64,000 nucleotides of DNA from a candidate division WOR-3 bacterium (GCA_027003075.1 JALWYV010000005.1:23198-87197); one strand, 5' to 3'; positions 1 through 10,402 are shown, counted from the stretch's first letter. Notes: generated by a model not told the origin, from the sequence alone. A program made the numbers and translations.

Positions 1-2
1 TA

Positions 3-824
3 TCTCTCCTTGAAGCTTACGATTACGATGCAAAGCTGGAAGATCTTGAAGCCAAGTTCCGAATCTCCGTACGCCTGATAGCCAAGTTCCCGACCATAGT
101 GGCCTACTTTGACAGGGCACGTAAAGGTCTGGAGCTCATTCCGCCCGATCCCACCCTCGGACACGCCGCCAACTTCCTGTACATGCTCAAGGGTGAGCGT
201 CCAACGGACTACGAGGCGAGGGTGATGGACGTCGCCCTGATCCTGCACGCCGATCACGGCATGAACGCTTCCACCTTCACCACAATGGTGATCGCCTCCA
301 CGCTCTCCGATATGTATTCCGCCATTACAGGTGGTGTGGCCGCCCTGAAGGGGCCCCTCCACGGTGGTGCCAACGAGCGTGTCCTTAAGATGCTTCAGGA
401 GATCGGATCTCCGGAGAACGCCGAGAAGTACATCCTTGACAAGCTCGCCAGGAAGGAGAGGATCATGGGCTTCGGCCACAGGGTCTATAAGGCTTACGAC
501 CCCCGTGCCCGTATCCTCAAGAAGTTCGCCGAGGAGCTGACCAAGCGGAGCGAGTTCTACCAGACCGCCGTCAAGGTTGAGGAGATCATGATCCGGGAGA
601 AGGGTCAGAAGGGCATCTTCCCGAACGTGGACTTCTACTCCGGCCTCGTTTACAACGCCCTCGGCATAGATACCGACCTCTTTACCCCCATCTTCGCCAT
701 AGCCCGCGTTGCCGGGTGGACGGCCCACGTCCTTGAGTACCTTGAGGACAACCGTATCTTCAGGCCTCGCGCCATATACAAGGGCGAGATAGACAAGAAG
801 TACATCCCCATAGACGAGAGATAA
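3..824 (+). CDS. gltA: Citrate synthase, 5' part outside window
   Basis: Motifs LHADHGMNAST, GPLHGGAN, MGFGHRVYK, FPNVDFYSG; frame open from window start. Confidence 0.95.
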   Translation, partial: SLLEAYDYDAKLEDLEAKFRISVRLIAKFPTIVAYFDRARKGLELIPPDPTLGHAANFLYMLKGERPTDYEARVMDVALILHADHGMNASTFTTMVIASTLSDMYSAITGGVAALKGPLHGGANERVLKMLQEIGSPENAEKYILDKLARKERIMGFGHRVYKAYDPRARILKKFAEELTKRSEFYQTAVKVEEIMIREKGQKGIFPNVDFYSGLVYNALGIDTDLFTPIFAIARVAGWTAHVLEYLEDNRIFRPRAIYKGEIDKKYIPIDER

Positions 825-843
825 GGGGAAACCCTTAACGTAT

Positions 844-870
844 GGAGGGGGCATCCGCCCCCTCCTTTTT
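844..870 (+). terminator. Intrinsic terminator after gltA
   Basis: GGAGGGGGC-ATCC-GCCCCCTCC stem followed by TTTTT. Confidence 0.8.
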
Positions 871-1282
871 ATTCTTCACCCCGCAGTTCCTTAAAGACGC
901 CCACACATCCGAGGTCCCTCTTTTCCATCTCCAGTCCAAAGGGGGTCAGATTCTGTCTGCCTGTTCCTTTACCGCCTATATCGTGGCACTCCGAACACCT
1001 GTTTTCCCTGAACCACCTCCGGGCCTCAAGGGAAGCGCTGTGCGACTTTATCCTGGTGAGCAGGGAGATGCAGCCGTACCCCTTCAGGGCTGCCTCTTTC
1101 CCGTAATCCGTGTACTCCTTCAGCCCCGGATAGACGTGACAGTTCTTACATCCGTACTTCCGAAAGACCTCAAGGGCGGAAATGGGATGTTCGGAGATAT
1201 TCGCCTGTTTTTCCCTACCTTTCCCGATTGAGGTACAGGAAAGAGTTAAAACGACGGAAATAATGAGAATGGCACGCATCAT
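869..1282 (-). CDS. Diheme c-type cytochrome lipoprotein
   Basis: Lipobox-like LTLSC; two CxxCH motifs (CKNCH, CSECH) in an internal repeat; TAAAAT 6 nt before ATG. Confidence 0.8.
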   Translation of the reverse strand: MMRAILIISVVLTLSCTSIGKGREKQANISEHPISALEVFRKYGCKNCHVYPGLKEYTDYGKEAALKGYGCISLLTRIKSHSASLEARRWFRENRCSECHDIGGKGTGRQNLTPFGLEMEKRDLGCVGVFKELRGEE

Positions 1283-1357
1283 AACGCAATTTTAAAGCGG
1301 TACGGCTCGGGAATTCCACAGGGATAAGAATAGAAGCGACCGTATAATAGCCTCCTT

Positions 1358-4096
1358 ATGTTAGGTCTGGCACTTTTGGTTATAGGCTACGGTCCTTCCG
1401 ACTTCACCCTGCAAGGGGGGAGGAGGACCATAAACGCACTCGGCCCCAACTACTACAACGGGGCCTATCAGGGCGACTTCGGTTTCGTCCTGAACTTCTT
1501 CAGTATTAACGGATTCATAAATTCCAACGTTACGTACGAGGACGTCTCCGCCGGTACAGAGCAGTATCAGGACGGTTTCTATTCCCTGAGGGATAGGTTC
1601 GGTCTTGGGATAGGGTTCAAGTACCTTGAGCTGGCCGTAGGTGGATCCTACTTCTTTGAGGCGTGGGATAAGGTAGCGTACTCCGGCAGGAAGTACGCCG
1701 ACAACGTCCACTCCCACGGCCCCGGAGACGCCTACGCCGGCGGTAAGATCATGCTTCCCTTCCACGGTGAGAAGATGTCCGTGAGTGTGGGCGGATCCTT
1801 CATCTACACCTTCCCCAGGATATTTGATATCCAGATAGCCCATGAGAGAGATCTCACGAAGGACAACTACGTATCCGATTCCCGTGGCTGGTACCAGAAG
1901 GGCGGAGTGTTCCGCACCTTCACCTACGGTGGCCCCAGCTGGGACGCCCGTTTCCTCTTTACCTTCCTTCCCAACAACAAGTACATAGAGTTCAACGTGA
2001 ACGTAGGGTACTCCCCCCGCAACCCCGACGACAACGAGGACGACGTTACTATCATAGGGTCCTCCCTGCTCTTTCACCTTCAGTCCTTCCATCCCTTCTT
2101 TGAGATCGTGCTTGAGGACTGGAAGAACGGACACGATACCTATGGGGACGCCCCTCTGTACCTCACGGGAGGCTTTAACATAGAAACCGGTACGGGTGTA
2201 ATGTGGTCCTTCGGTATAGAGAAGCTCCTGTGGTACGACGGCTCCACCATAAGGTCGGAGAGGCAGGGAGCTCCCAAACTTGATGAGTACGTCAAGTACG
2301 ACCCCGACGCACCCTCGGATCATAACGTGAACATCCTCACCAGACCCAAGTGGTGGTTCATAACGTGGAACCCTCAGGTCGGTGCATGGCTCGCCCTAAG
2401 CTACACCTTCGTGCCTCCCTACGAGAAGAAACCCGAGAAGAAGAAGCCCGAAGTCAAGCCCACGTACATAGCAGGTGTGGTTATGGACGCCCGTACCCAG
2501 AAGATGGTGGGCGGAGCGAAGGTCATACTGAAGGAGAAGGACATATCCGTAATAACGGGTGACGACGGAGCCTACAAGTTTGAGAACCTTGAGCCCGGTT
2601 CCTACACCGTGATGGTTCAGGCTCAGGGGTATGCTCCCCAGAGCGCTGTGGTGAACCTTGAGCCGGGTAAACCCGCCATAAAGAACTTTGAACTCAAACC
2701 TGCTCAGACCTATGCCATCATAGGTGTGGTCTACGATAAGGAGAGCAACACCCCCATAGGCGGTGCCAAGGTTATAATCAAGGAGACGGGGGACTCCGTA
2801 ATCACTCAGGACGACGGTGCCTACAGGTTCTCCAACGTCCTGCCCGGCACCTATACCCTGATATTCACGGCCCCCGGATACAAGGGCTACACGGCCGTGG
2901 TTGCTGTTGAGGGCGGAACGGTCACCAAAGACGCCTATCTGGCAAAGGCCGAGCAGCCGAAGAAGGTCCAGAAGGTGGAGAAGCCCAGGATAGGGGCCAT
3001 AACCGGAGTTGTCACCGACGCCAAGAGCGGCGCACCTCTCTCCGGTGTTCAGATAATACTCAAGGAAAAGAACCTTACCCATACGACGGATCAGACGGGT
3101 GCCTTCCGGTTTGACAGCCTGCCCGAGGGTACCTACACCGTATCCTTCAACAGGGCCGGTTACGTCCCCCGTACGGAGATCGTAAACGTCAAGGCCGGTT
3201 CCCCCACGGTGTTCAACGTGTCCCTCGCTCCCGTTGAGAAGAACGTGGGTACGCTCTTAGGCAAGGTCATAGACAAGGAGACCGGCAATCCCATAGCCGG
3301 TGCCGTTGTTTCGGTTGAGGGCGTGGGTTCCGCCCAGACGGATCAGAGCGGTCTGTACCGCCTTGAGAACGTACCCGTAGGTGCGAAGACCGTTAAGGTG
3401 GCCGCCCCCGGATATAAGGAGGTCGCCGAGGTCATGAAGATCGCCAGGGGCGACAACGTCAAGAACTTCGCCCTTGAGCCGATGGTAGTTAAGGGATCCA
3501 TCGTCATAAGCGTCGTTGACAAGGACAGCAAGAAACCCATAGCAAACGCCACCATCACTTTCCTCACGGGCAACTTCGGCCCCTACACCACGGACGCCAA
3601 CGGTGTGGTCACGGTTAAGGATATACCCGCCGGAACCTACACGATAAAGGTAACGGCCGGCAAGTACGCTCCCCAGCAGAAGACCGTGGTCGTTGAAAAG
3701 AACCGCACCAAAGAGGTCACCTTTGAGCTCGTGAAGAAGGGTACGGAGATCACCTTCCGTAACATCTACTTTGACGTGAACAAGGCCACCCTGAGGCCAG
3801 ACGCCGAACCCGCCCTCAAACAGATCTGCCAGTTCCTCAAGGAGAACCCCACGGTGATAGTGGAGATTCAGGGTCATACCGACGAGCGCGGTTCCGCTTC
3901 CTACAACCTCAGACTCTCTCAGGCCCGGGCCGAGTCCGTACGCCAGTGGCTCATAAACAACGGTTGCGCCACGCCCGACCGCCTCGTTGCCAAGGGGTAC
4001 GGTGAGAGTATGCCCGTTATAAAGAACGCCAAGACCGAAGCCGAACATCAGCTCAACCGACGCGTCGTGATAAAGGTTCTGGGCGAGAAGAAGTAG
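1358..4096 (+). CDS. Outer-membrane protein: N-terminal beta-barrel-like region, about 5 carboxypeptidase-regulatory-like repeats, C-terminal OmpA domain
   Basis: Repeats of GxVxD..T..PI.GA.V..T...G.Y....PG.YT; OmpA motifs IYFD, IQGHTDERG, YNLRLSQARA, LNRRV. Confidence 0.9.
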   Translation: MLGLALLVIGYGPSDFTLQGGRRTINALGPNYYNGAYQGDFGFVLNFFSINGFINSNVTYEDVSAGTEQYQDGFYSLRDRFGLGIGFKYLELAVGGSYFFEAWDKVAYSGRKYADNVHSHGPGDAYAGGKIMLPFHGEKMSVSVGGSFIYTFPRIFDIQIAHERDLTKDNYVSDSRGWYQKGGVFRTFTYGGPSWDARFLFTFLPNNKYIEFNVNVGYSPRNPDDNEDDVTIIGSSLLFHLQSFHPFFEIVLEDWKNGHDTYGDAPLYLTGGFNIETGTGVMWSFGIEKLLWYDGSTIRSERQGAPKLDEYVKYDPDAPSDHNVNILTRPKWWFITWNPQVGAWLALSYTFVPPYEKKPEKKKPEVKPTYIAGVVMDARTQKMVGGAKVILKEKDISVITGDDGAYKFENLEPGSYTVMVQAQGYAPQSAVVNLEPGKPAIKNFELKPAQTYAIIGVVYDKESNTPIGGAKVIIKETGDSVITQDDGAYRFSNVLPGTYTLIFTAPGYKGYTAVVAVEGGTVTKDAYLAKAEQPKKVQKVEKPRIGAITGVVTDAKSGAPLSGVQIILKEKNLTHTTDQTGAFRFDSLPEGTYTVSFNRAGYVPRTEIVNVKAGSPTVFNVSLAPVEKNVGTLLGKVIDKETGNPIAGAVVSVEGVGSAQTDQSGLYRLENVPVGAKTVKVAAPGYKEVAEVMKIARGDNVKNFALEPMVVKGSIVISVVDKDSKKPIANATITFLTGNFGPYTTDANGVVTVKDIPAGTYTIKVTAGKYAPQQKTVVVEKNRTKEVTFELVKKGTEITFRNIYFDVNKATLRPDAEPALKQICQFLKENPTVIVEIQGHTDERGSASYNLRLSQARAESVRQWLINNGCATPDRLVAKGYGESMPVIKNAKTEAEHQLNRRVVIKVLGEKK

Positions 4097-4117
4097 AGGA
4101 GAAAAAACCTTCCTATC

Positions 4118-4145
4118 GGGCGGGGACTGAGGTCCCCGCCCTTTT
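4118..4145 (+). terminator. Intrinsic terminator
   Basis: GGGCGGGGAC-TGAG-GTCCCCGCCC followed by TTTT. Confidence 0.8.
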
Positions 4146-4176
4146 CGTTTAAACACCACCGTAAAATACCAGTTCT

Positions 4177-5217
4177 ATGATCTGGATGATTCTGGTACAG
4201 GGTGGCGATGCTGACTTCGGCATCGTTGAGGAAGTCAAGGGTAAAAGAGCAAAGTTCTACGCTCTGGAGGGAATAATGGGGCTATGGTGGGGAAAGGACA
4301 GGCAGTACTACAGGGGGGATCTGGCGTTCCAGATGCAGTACGATGAGGGTTTCTACGGCAGGTTCTCTCTGGTTTCCTTCAACGAGTACGCTCTGCCGCC
4401 TTCTGTGGGTGTTAAGGAACTCTACGTTGAGAAAGCCTTTGATAACGGGTTAGACGTTAAGTTCGGTCTGGGACCCATATACTGGGAGAACGGTGTTTTG
4501 TTCGGAGATTACGTAGGGGGAAACCCCTTCTTTGAGGTGTTCTTCGGTAAGGAGATATGGATAGACCTCCTCCTGTACAGGGTAAACTCCAGCCTCGGAG
4601 CAGGCCTCAGGAGCGCATTTGACCTCGGCAACTTCGGACTCACGGTGTACGGTGTCTACGATACTACCCGGGCGGGATACGTTGGTCTATCCGTAGGTCT
4701 GGATCTGCCTTTCTGGACGTTATCGCTTGAGGCCACAGGTGAAAAGGACTCCTCCGGATACGAAGGGGCGTACCTGCTCTACACCTTCGTCCGGCCGGGA
4801 AGGTGGTTCGTCGGTTTAATGTCCTATTCCTTCACGTCCGGGTTTGACAGGATAACTGCTCAGGGTCTGGATCTGGATCCGGATAGGTCCCCCTTCTTCG
4901 GTGTCTCCACACCCCTGACCTATAACATGCCCGGAATACCCTGGAGCAACCCACAGAACACGTCCGCCGAGGTCCTGAGGTTCGGTTTCACCCACGTCCT
5001 GAACGAAGACTGGAAGATGACTCCCATATTTGATCTGGGAGCATACCAGTCCGTGGCCATGGACCTGAAAAACAACAACTCTCTCCTCGCCGACGTTCAC
5101 CTCAGGTTCGACTGGACGGACACGTATTACGTGGGTCTTTCGGCCGGAGCAGTCGTACAGGACACCACTTTTTCCTGGGGTGTTGCAGCCTACACGGTGA
5201 AGAACTTCAGCTTCTGA
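4177..5217 (+). CDS. Putative outer-membrane beta-barrel/porin
   Basis: Alternating hydrophobic/aromatic beta-strand pattern; C-terminal Phe (KNFSF). Confidence 0.6.
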   Translation: MIWMILVQGGDADFGIVEEVKGKRAKFYALEGIMGLWWGKDRQYYRGDLAFQMQYDEGFYGRFSLVSFNEYALPPSVGVKELYVEKAFDNGLDVKFGLGPIYWENGVLFGDYVGGNPFFEVFFGKEIWIDLLLYRVNSSLGAGLRSAFDLGNFGLTVYGVYDTTRAGYVGLSVGLDLPFWTLSLEATGEKDSSGYEGAYLLYTFVRPGRWFVGLMSYSFTSGFDRITAQGLDLDPDRSPFFGVSTPLTYNMPGIPWSNPQNTSAEVLRFGFTHVLNEDWKMTPIFDLGAYQSVAMDLKNNNSLLADVHLRFDWTDTYYVGLSAGAVVQDTTFSWGVAAYTVKNFSF

Positions 5218-5888
5218 TGACCTTCGGAGAGATACGGGAGTTTGACTTCTACCCGTTTTACGTGCGCCTTCGGGGGATAAAGATGCCCGTTCCCCTTTCG
5301 GGCGTGGACACCCTCATCATGTCGGGGAGGATAGATGCGACCCCGTACCCCTCTACCATGGCCCGTGCCATACCCGGAGGGTACGTCCGTCTGCCCTACG
5401 GCCTGGCCCTTGGTCCGGAGGCTCTTGATCTGATGTTGGTCTCCTCCGTTCAACCGTCGTCTATCTCCTCCCTCGGGATAATAAAGGGTTACGAGTTCAT
5501 CCTCCACCTCCTTGAAGACGTCCTGAGGGAAAAGTTCGGTGTAAACGTCAAGAGCCTTCGTATCTCCGTATTCTCCGACCTCGTCCCCGGCGTTGACGCA
5601 TACCTTCTGTACGGTGATATCGCCTTAAGGATAGATGGTGACTCCTTCAGGTACACCTACAACATGGCAAGAGCCTACTACGAGGTGATGGGAAAGCCCG
5701 TGGATATAGCCTTCTGGATAGCACGGGAGGACAGGGCCGGAGACGTTGAGAGTCAGGTGGGAAACTCCCTCGCCTACTGGATGTTACGCAGGGACGAGTT
5801 CCTCCTGCGTTACGCGAACGGGAGGAAGATACCCTTTGAAACCCTATATTCCCATGCCGAAGCCCTGCTGTTCAGGGTCTACGATTAA
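5217..5888 (+). CDS. Divergent MqnA/MqnD-like (futalosine pathway, SBP-fold) protein
   Basis: DAYLLYGDIAL and YYEVMGKPVDIAFWIAR resemble the MqnA pattern DA.LLIGD.AL...W...TGLP.VFA.W. Confidence 0.45.
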   Translation: MTFGEIREFDFYPFYVRLRGIKMPVPLSGVDTLIMSGRIDATPYPSTMARAIPGGYVRLPYGLALGPEALDLMLVSSVQPSSISSLGIIKGYEFILHLLEDVLREKFGVNVKSLRISVFSDLVPGVDAYLLYGDIALRIDGDSFRYTYNMARAYYEVMGKPVDIAFWIAREDRAGDVESQVGNSLAYWMLRRDEFLLRYANGRKIPFETLYSHAEALLFRVYD

Positions 5889-5909
5889 ACTACCGTAGAA
5901 TCCGCACTT

Positions 5910-6854
5910 ATGCCCAGAGTACTGGTAGCAGGTAACGCGGGGTTCATCGGCACCCACCTTACGGGGTATTTGCTTGATCTGGGATGGGATGTGGTGGGGG
6001 TTGACAATTTCTCTACCGGGAAACCAGAAAACGTGGAAAGGTACAGAAAACGTCCTAACTTTACCTTTTACGAAATGGACATAACTCAAGAAGTACCTGA
6101 GGGGGGTTACGATTACATCGTCAACCTCGCATCTCCGGCCAGTCCCAAGAAGTACCTGTCCCTCCCTGTAGATACGATGCTGGTCAACTCCATAGGTGTG
6201 AAGAACCTTCTTGATCTCGCAAAGGATACCGGAGCCACCTTCCTCCTCGCTTCCACGTCCGAAGTCTACGGCGATCCCCTTGTACATCCCCAGCCGGAGG
6301 ACTACTGGGGGAACGTCAATCCCGTAGGTCCGAGAAGCGTTTACGATGAGGGGAAGAGGTTCGCCGAGGCCATAACCATGGCCTACTACCGGTACGACAG
6401 GGTCCCCGTAAGGATAGCGAGGATATTCAACACCTACGGCCCCTTTATGGACGTAGCGGACGGCCGGATAATTCCCAACTTCGCATATCAGGCCCTTACG
6501 GGGCAGCCCCTGACCATATACGGGGATGGAAGCCAGACCCGTAGTTTCTGCTACGTTTCGGACATGGTGGAGGGACTTTTCAGACTGCTCACCTACGAAG
6601 GATTGGACGGCGAGGTGGTGAATCTGGGTAATCCGGACGAGAGGACTGTCCTGGACGTGGCCAGACTTGTCGTTAAGATATACGGTGTACCGGAGAACTT
6701 CACCTTTCTCCCCCTTCCTCAGGACGACCCGAAGAGGAGAAAACCCGATATAACGAAGGCGAAGAGGCTCCTGAAGTGGGAGCCGAAGGTTCCCTTTGAA
6801 GAGGGTCTACGCAGGACACTTGAGTGGTATAAGGAGGTGATAAATGTGGGATAG
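5910..6854 (+). CDS. UDP-glucuronate decarboxylase family SDR
   Basis: GNAGFIG, LASPASP, ASTSEVYGDP, YWGNVNPVGPRSVYDEGKR. Confidence 0.92.
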   Translation: MPRVLVAGNAGFIGTHLTGYLLDLGWDVVGVDNFSTGKPENVERYRKRPNFTFYEMDITQEVPEGGYDYIVNLASPASPKKYLSLPVDTMLVNSIGVKNLLDLAKDTGATFLLASTSEVYGDPLVHPQPEDYWGNVNPVGPRSVYDEGKRFAEAITMAYYRYDRVPVRIARIFNTYGPFMDVADGRIIPNFAYQALTGQPLTIYGDGSQTRSFCYVSDMVEGLFRLLTYEGLDGEVVNLGNPDERTVLDVARLVVKIYGVPENFTFLPLPQDDPKRRKPDITKAKRLLKWEPKVPFEEGLRRTLEWYKEVINVG

Positions 6855-7500
6855 CATCCCTTCCAGCATGCAGCCTTTCGTCTACGCCCTCCTTTTCGTC
6901 TTTGGCTTTCTCCTTGGAAGTATCCCGTGGGCCTACATAGTGGCGAAGGTGGTCGGGGGGATAGACATCCGCAAGGTAGGGAGCGGAAACGTGGGGGCAA
7001 CGAACGTCGCCCGTACCTTGGGCCTCAAGTGGGGTACCCTCGTCTTCGTTCTGGACGCCCTGAAGGGTTTCATACCCGTGTTCATCGTAAGGCTCCTTAT
7101 ACCCTACAACATAGAGCTGGCTATGGTTACGGCTCTGGGTCCGATACTCGGTCACATGTTCACGCCCTTTCTCGGCTTCAAGGGTGGCAAGGGGGTAGCG
7201 ACAGCGGTCGGTGCCTTCGCCGCTCTAACTCCTCTGGGTGTCCTGATCGGCTTTATCGTCTGGATAACCGTCGTACTTACAACGGGCTGGGTGTCCCTCG
7301 GTTCCCTCCTTGGATCCCTGACCGTGTTCCTGTGGGTTCTCCTCTTTGACCCCAACAGGCACTCCCTGCCTTTCGTGGTCGTATCCGGTATAGTTGTCCT
7401 CTTTATCTGGATCAGACACTACGGAAACATAAAACGTCTCCTTTCGGGCAAAGAGCCGAAGATATGGGATAAGAAGAGGAAGCAACAGGAGAGAGAATGA
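6844..7500 (+). CDS. plsY: Glycerol-3-phosphate acyltransferase PlsY
   Basis: DIRKVGSGNVGATN, GHMFTPFLGFKGGKGVAT, RHYGNIKRLLSGKE. Confidence 0.95.
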   Translation: MWDSIPSSMQPFVYALLFVFGFLLGSIPWAYIVAKVVGGIDIRKVGSGNVGATNVARTLGLKWGTLVFVLDALKGFIPVFIVRLLIPYNIELAMVTALGPILGHMFTPFLGFKGGKGVATAVGAFAALTPLGVLIGFIVWITVVLTTGWVSLGSLLGSLTVFLWVLLFDPNRHSLPFVVVSGIVVLFIWIRHYGNIKRLLSGKEPKIWDKKRKQQERE

Positions 7501-7853
7501 GGCTCCTCCTTATTCCCCTGATGCTCGTGGCCGTGGGATGCTCCGACGTCAGAGTCGTTAAGGATGCGGCCTACGACCCCGACCTCATGGGGGTACCGGC
7601 CTACCCCGGAGCGAGGGTGAAGGGAGCGATAGTGACGGAGTCGGAAGGGAACAGGGTGGTAACCTACGTACTGATAACGAGGTCCCCCTACGACTCGGTA
7701 GTTTCGTTTTACCTGAGGGAGGCCGGAGGTACGGACAGTGTGGCGGCCGGTCAGATCTACACCATAAGGAGGGGTACAGAACTCCTCATCCAGATAAAGG
7801 AGGAGGGAGATCACAGAGAAATAAACATCACGAGGGCTGATCCCACCCGGTAG
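7497..7853 (+). CDS. Hypothetical lipoprotein
   Basis: Signal with lipobox VAVGC; VPAYPGA motif; ATGA overlap with plsY. Confidence 0.7.
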   Translation: MRLLLIPLMLVAVGCSDVRVVKDAAYDPDLMGVPAYPGARVKGAIVTESEGNRVVTYVLITRSPYDSVVSFYLREAGGTDSVAAGQIYTIRRGTELLIQIKEEGDHREINITRADPTR

Positions 7854-7859
7854 GACTCT

Positions 7860-8699
7860 TCAGGACAGCACCATCGCCACCATACTCAGAAACATGTAAG
7901 AGGAGGCCAGTTTAAACAGGATAAAGGCTTTCCGGTCGTCGGGTTTGCGTGCGTTAAGAAGGGAAATTATGAAAAAGAACAGGAAGGCGGACGTGAGAAT
8001 GGCCATTGTGAGAATACTGGCGTTCAGGAAGAGGGCAGTGATCATCATGGCCGCGTAGGATAGTACCACGAACACAGGAACGAGGTACATGGAGAACCGT
8101 ACACCGTGGGTATTAGGGAGAACGGGAACACCGGCCCGGGCGTAATCTTCCCTGTACTTCACCTCAAAGGTTATGTTGTGGATGGGGACCCATAACAGTA
8201 CGATAAGGGCGAGGAGGAGACCGAGGGTGTCAACCCTCCCCGTAGCGAGAACCCTGCCTCCCAGTATAGGCATGGCTCCGGCTATACCGCCCCAGAGTAT
8301 GGACCAGGGGGTACGCCTTTTCGTCCACAGGGTGTAAACGACCACGTTGAAGAGGAAGCCGACCAGAGCAACTACGCCGTAGAGAGGACTGAGGGCAAAG
8401 GACCAGATCAGGCCGAGAGCCGAGGTCAGAGCAGCCACTGCGAGAACTTCCCTCCTCGGAACCCTGCCCGAAGGTATGGGCCTGTTCTTCGTCCTCTCCA
8501 TGACGGAGTCTATGTCGTGATCGTACCACATGTTGAATAGCGTTGCCCCTCCTATCGTAAGGAGCATCGTACCTAAAAGGTGCAGGATCTTAATCGGATC
8601 CGGGTTCCCGGCCGTAAGGTATCCCACCAGCCCCGTGAGCACGAGCATAAGGGTCTGGTAGGGCTTTATCATCACGAGGTAGTCCCTCAAGCGTCTCAT
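7860..8699 (-). CDS. ctaB: Heme O synthase (protoheme IX farnesyltransferase)
   Basis: NMWYDHDIDSVMERTKNRPIPSG, YREDYARAGVPVLP; start moved to ATG 8699, which overlaps the ctaA stop (ATGA). Confidence 0.92.
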   Translation of the reverse strand: MRRLRDYLVMIKPYQTLMLVLTGLVGYLTAGNPDPIKILHLLGTMLLTIGGATLFNMWYDHDIDSVMERTKNRPIPSGRVPRREVLAVAALTSALGLIWSFALSPLYGVVALVGFLFNVVVYTLWTKRRTPWSILWGGIAGAMPILGGRVLATGRVDTLGLLLALIVLLWVPIHNITFEVKYREDYARAGVPVLPNTHGVRFSMYLVPVFVVLSYAAMMITALFLNASILTMAILTSAFLFFFIISLLNARKPDDRKAFILFKLASSYMFLSMVAMVLS

Positions 8700-9514
8700 C
8701 TTATAGACCTCCAGAAGAGCAGTATGAGGGTAAGTATGGCAAGAGTGTAGTGGGTGGTTACCATGGTGGGACTGAGCATGCTGTAGGCGGATAGAGCACC
8801 AAAGATACCGGTAAGAAGCACAAGGAGAGATATAAAAACGAACCACTTTTTATTATCCGCACGGAAGATAAAGTAGAGTGATAGGCCGAATATAACGTAC
8901 CCCATGAGCCTGTGAATAACCTGAAGCATAACATCTCCCGTCCAGGGCTGCCCGAGGCAAAGAAAGATATCCTGACCACACGCAAATCCAGCCTGAGCCT
9001 TACGTACGGTAGTGCCGAGGAGGATCTGAAGGAATACAAGAGCGAAGAGGATGGTACTCAAACGCCCGTCGCGATCCCCCGCCCAGACGAGTCTATCCGG
9101 GGGGTTATCCGCCCATTTCAACATGAGGGTGGCGGTAAGTATGGTGAGAAGGGCAAACAGGGCGTGAGATATTGAAACCCAGAAGGGCATCTTCAGAATT
9201 ACCGTAAGGCCCCCTATGAGGATCTGGGCGACGAGGAATATAGCCAGCCATATACCCGCCTCGATCAAAAAGGTTCCCCTATAACGCCTGACAGCGAGAA
9301 CGGTCGCCCCGGCGACGAATACGGAGGTTAAAGCCGCAAGCACCCTGTGGATATACTCAAGCATCGCGAAGTTCTGTTCTGGAGGTAAAAGGCTACCGTA
9401 ACAAAGAGGCCAGTCCGGACATCCAAGGCAGGCCCCGAGAGCAGCGGTAGCGCTCCCGAAGACCATAAGGACAACCATACTTATTAGCGTACCCCAGAGT
9501 AAAAGTTTCCTCAT
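8696..9514 (-). CDS. ctaA: Heme A synthase (COX15/CtaA)
   Basis: LGCPDWPLCYG, EYIHR, QVIHR, multiple TM segments. Confidence 0.92.
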   Translation of the reverse strand: MRKLLLWGTLISMVVLMVFGSATAALGACLGCPDWPLCYGSLLPPEQNFAMLEYIHRVLAALTSVFVAGATVLAVRRYRGTFLIEAGIWLAIFLVAQILIGGLTVILKMPFWVSISHALFALLTILTATLMLKWADNPPDRLVWAGDRDGRLSTILFALVFLQILLGTTVRKAQAGFACGQDIFLCLGQPWTGDVMLQVIHRLMGYVIFGLSLYFIFRADNKKWFVFISLLVLLTGIFGALSAYSMLSPTMVTTHYTLAILTLILLFWRSIR

Positions 9515-9688
9515 GGTAAGTCGGCAATTCTAAACCGGAGATATTATCCGGGTAAAGAATTTTTTACCGGATGGAAGAAGTGGAAATCATTTTTGATCTG
9601 CAAAGCCGAAACATAGATTTTGAGGACAGATAAGTGCGCAACTCCGTATAGGATTTGGAGGTAGGTACCCGTCCTTATAATCCCCGTC

Positions 9689-10402
9689 TTGAGAGTGGTT
9701 GTTGTAGTTCCCACGTACAACGAGGCCGACAACATAGCCGATCTCATACGGGAGTTGAGATCCCTTCCCGTATCACCCGACGTTCTTGTGGTGGACGACA
9801 ATTCCCCGGACGGTACATGGAAGATAGTTGAGGAGATAAGACAGAAGGACCCGACCGTTCACCTCCTGAAACGCCCCGGTAAGATGGGGCTCGGATCGGC
9901 CTACGTGGAAGGGTTTAAATGGACGCTTGATAGAGGTTACGACGTGATAGTACAGATGGACGCAGACTTTTCCCACAATCCGAGGGACGTTCAGAAGTTG
10001 GTTGAGGCTCTCAAAGACTGTGACGTGGTCATAGGTTCGCGGTACTGTAACGGTGTGAGCGTTGTTAACTGGCCTATCAGCCGCCTTCTCCTCTCCTACC
10101 TTGCAAACCAGTACGCTCGCCTCCTGACCGGTGTGAAGATAAACGATCTGACCGGAGGTTTCAAGGCGTTTAAACGGGAGGCTCTACAGGCCCTTGATCT
10201 GAACAGGATCAAGTCCGATGGGTACGCCTTTCAGATAGAGGTGAACTTCTACCTCTGGATGAAGAGGTTCAAGATGTGCGAGATACCCATAATATTCGTT
10301 GAGAGGAGGGCCGGAAAGTCCAAACTCAACCGCTCCATAATATGGGAGGCCTTCTGGCTGGTTATCAGGCTCTTCCTGAAGAGGATAACCGGGAGAGTAT
10401 GA
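9689..10402 (+). CDS. Polyprenol monophosphomannose synthase-like GT2
   Basis: VPTYNEADNI, VVDDNSPDGT, QMDADFSH, GYAFQIE. Confidence 0.9.
   Translation: MRVVVVVPTYNEADNIADLIRELRSLPVSPDVLVVDDNSPDGTWKIVEEIRQKDPTVHLLKRPGKMGLGSAYVEGFKWTLDRGYDVIVQMDADFSHNPRDVQKLVEALKDCDVVIGSRYCNGVSVVNWPISRLLLSYLANQYARLLTGVKINDLTGGFKAFKREALQALDLNRIKSDGYAFQIEVNFYLWMKRFKMCEIPIIFVERRAGKSKLNRSIIWEAFWLVIRLFLKRITGRV

Noticed and set aside
1361-4159. Long antisense ORFs (320, 228 and 300 aa), and similar shadows opposite recJ, purD and nuoG
   Set aside because: They mirror well-supported genes; biased third-position usage removes antisense stops; no motifs
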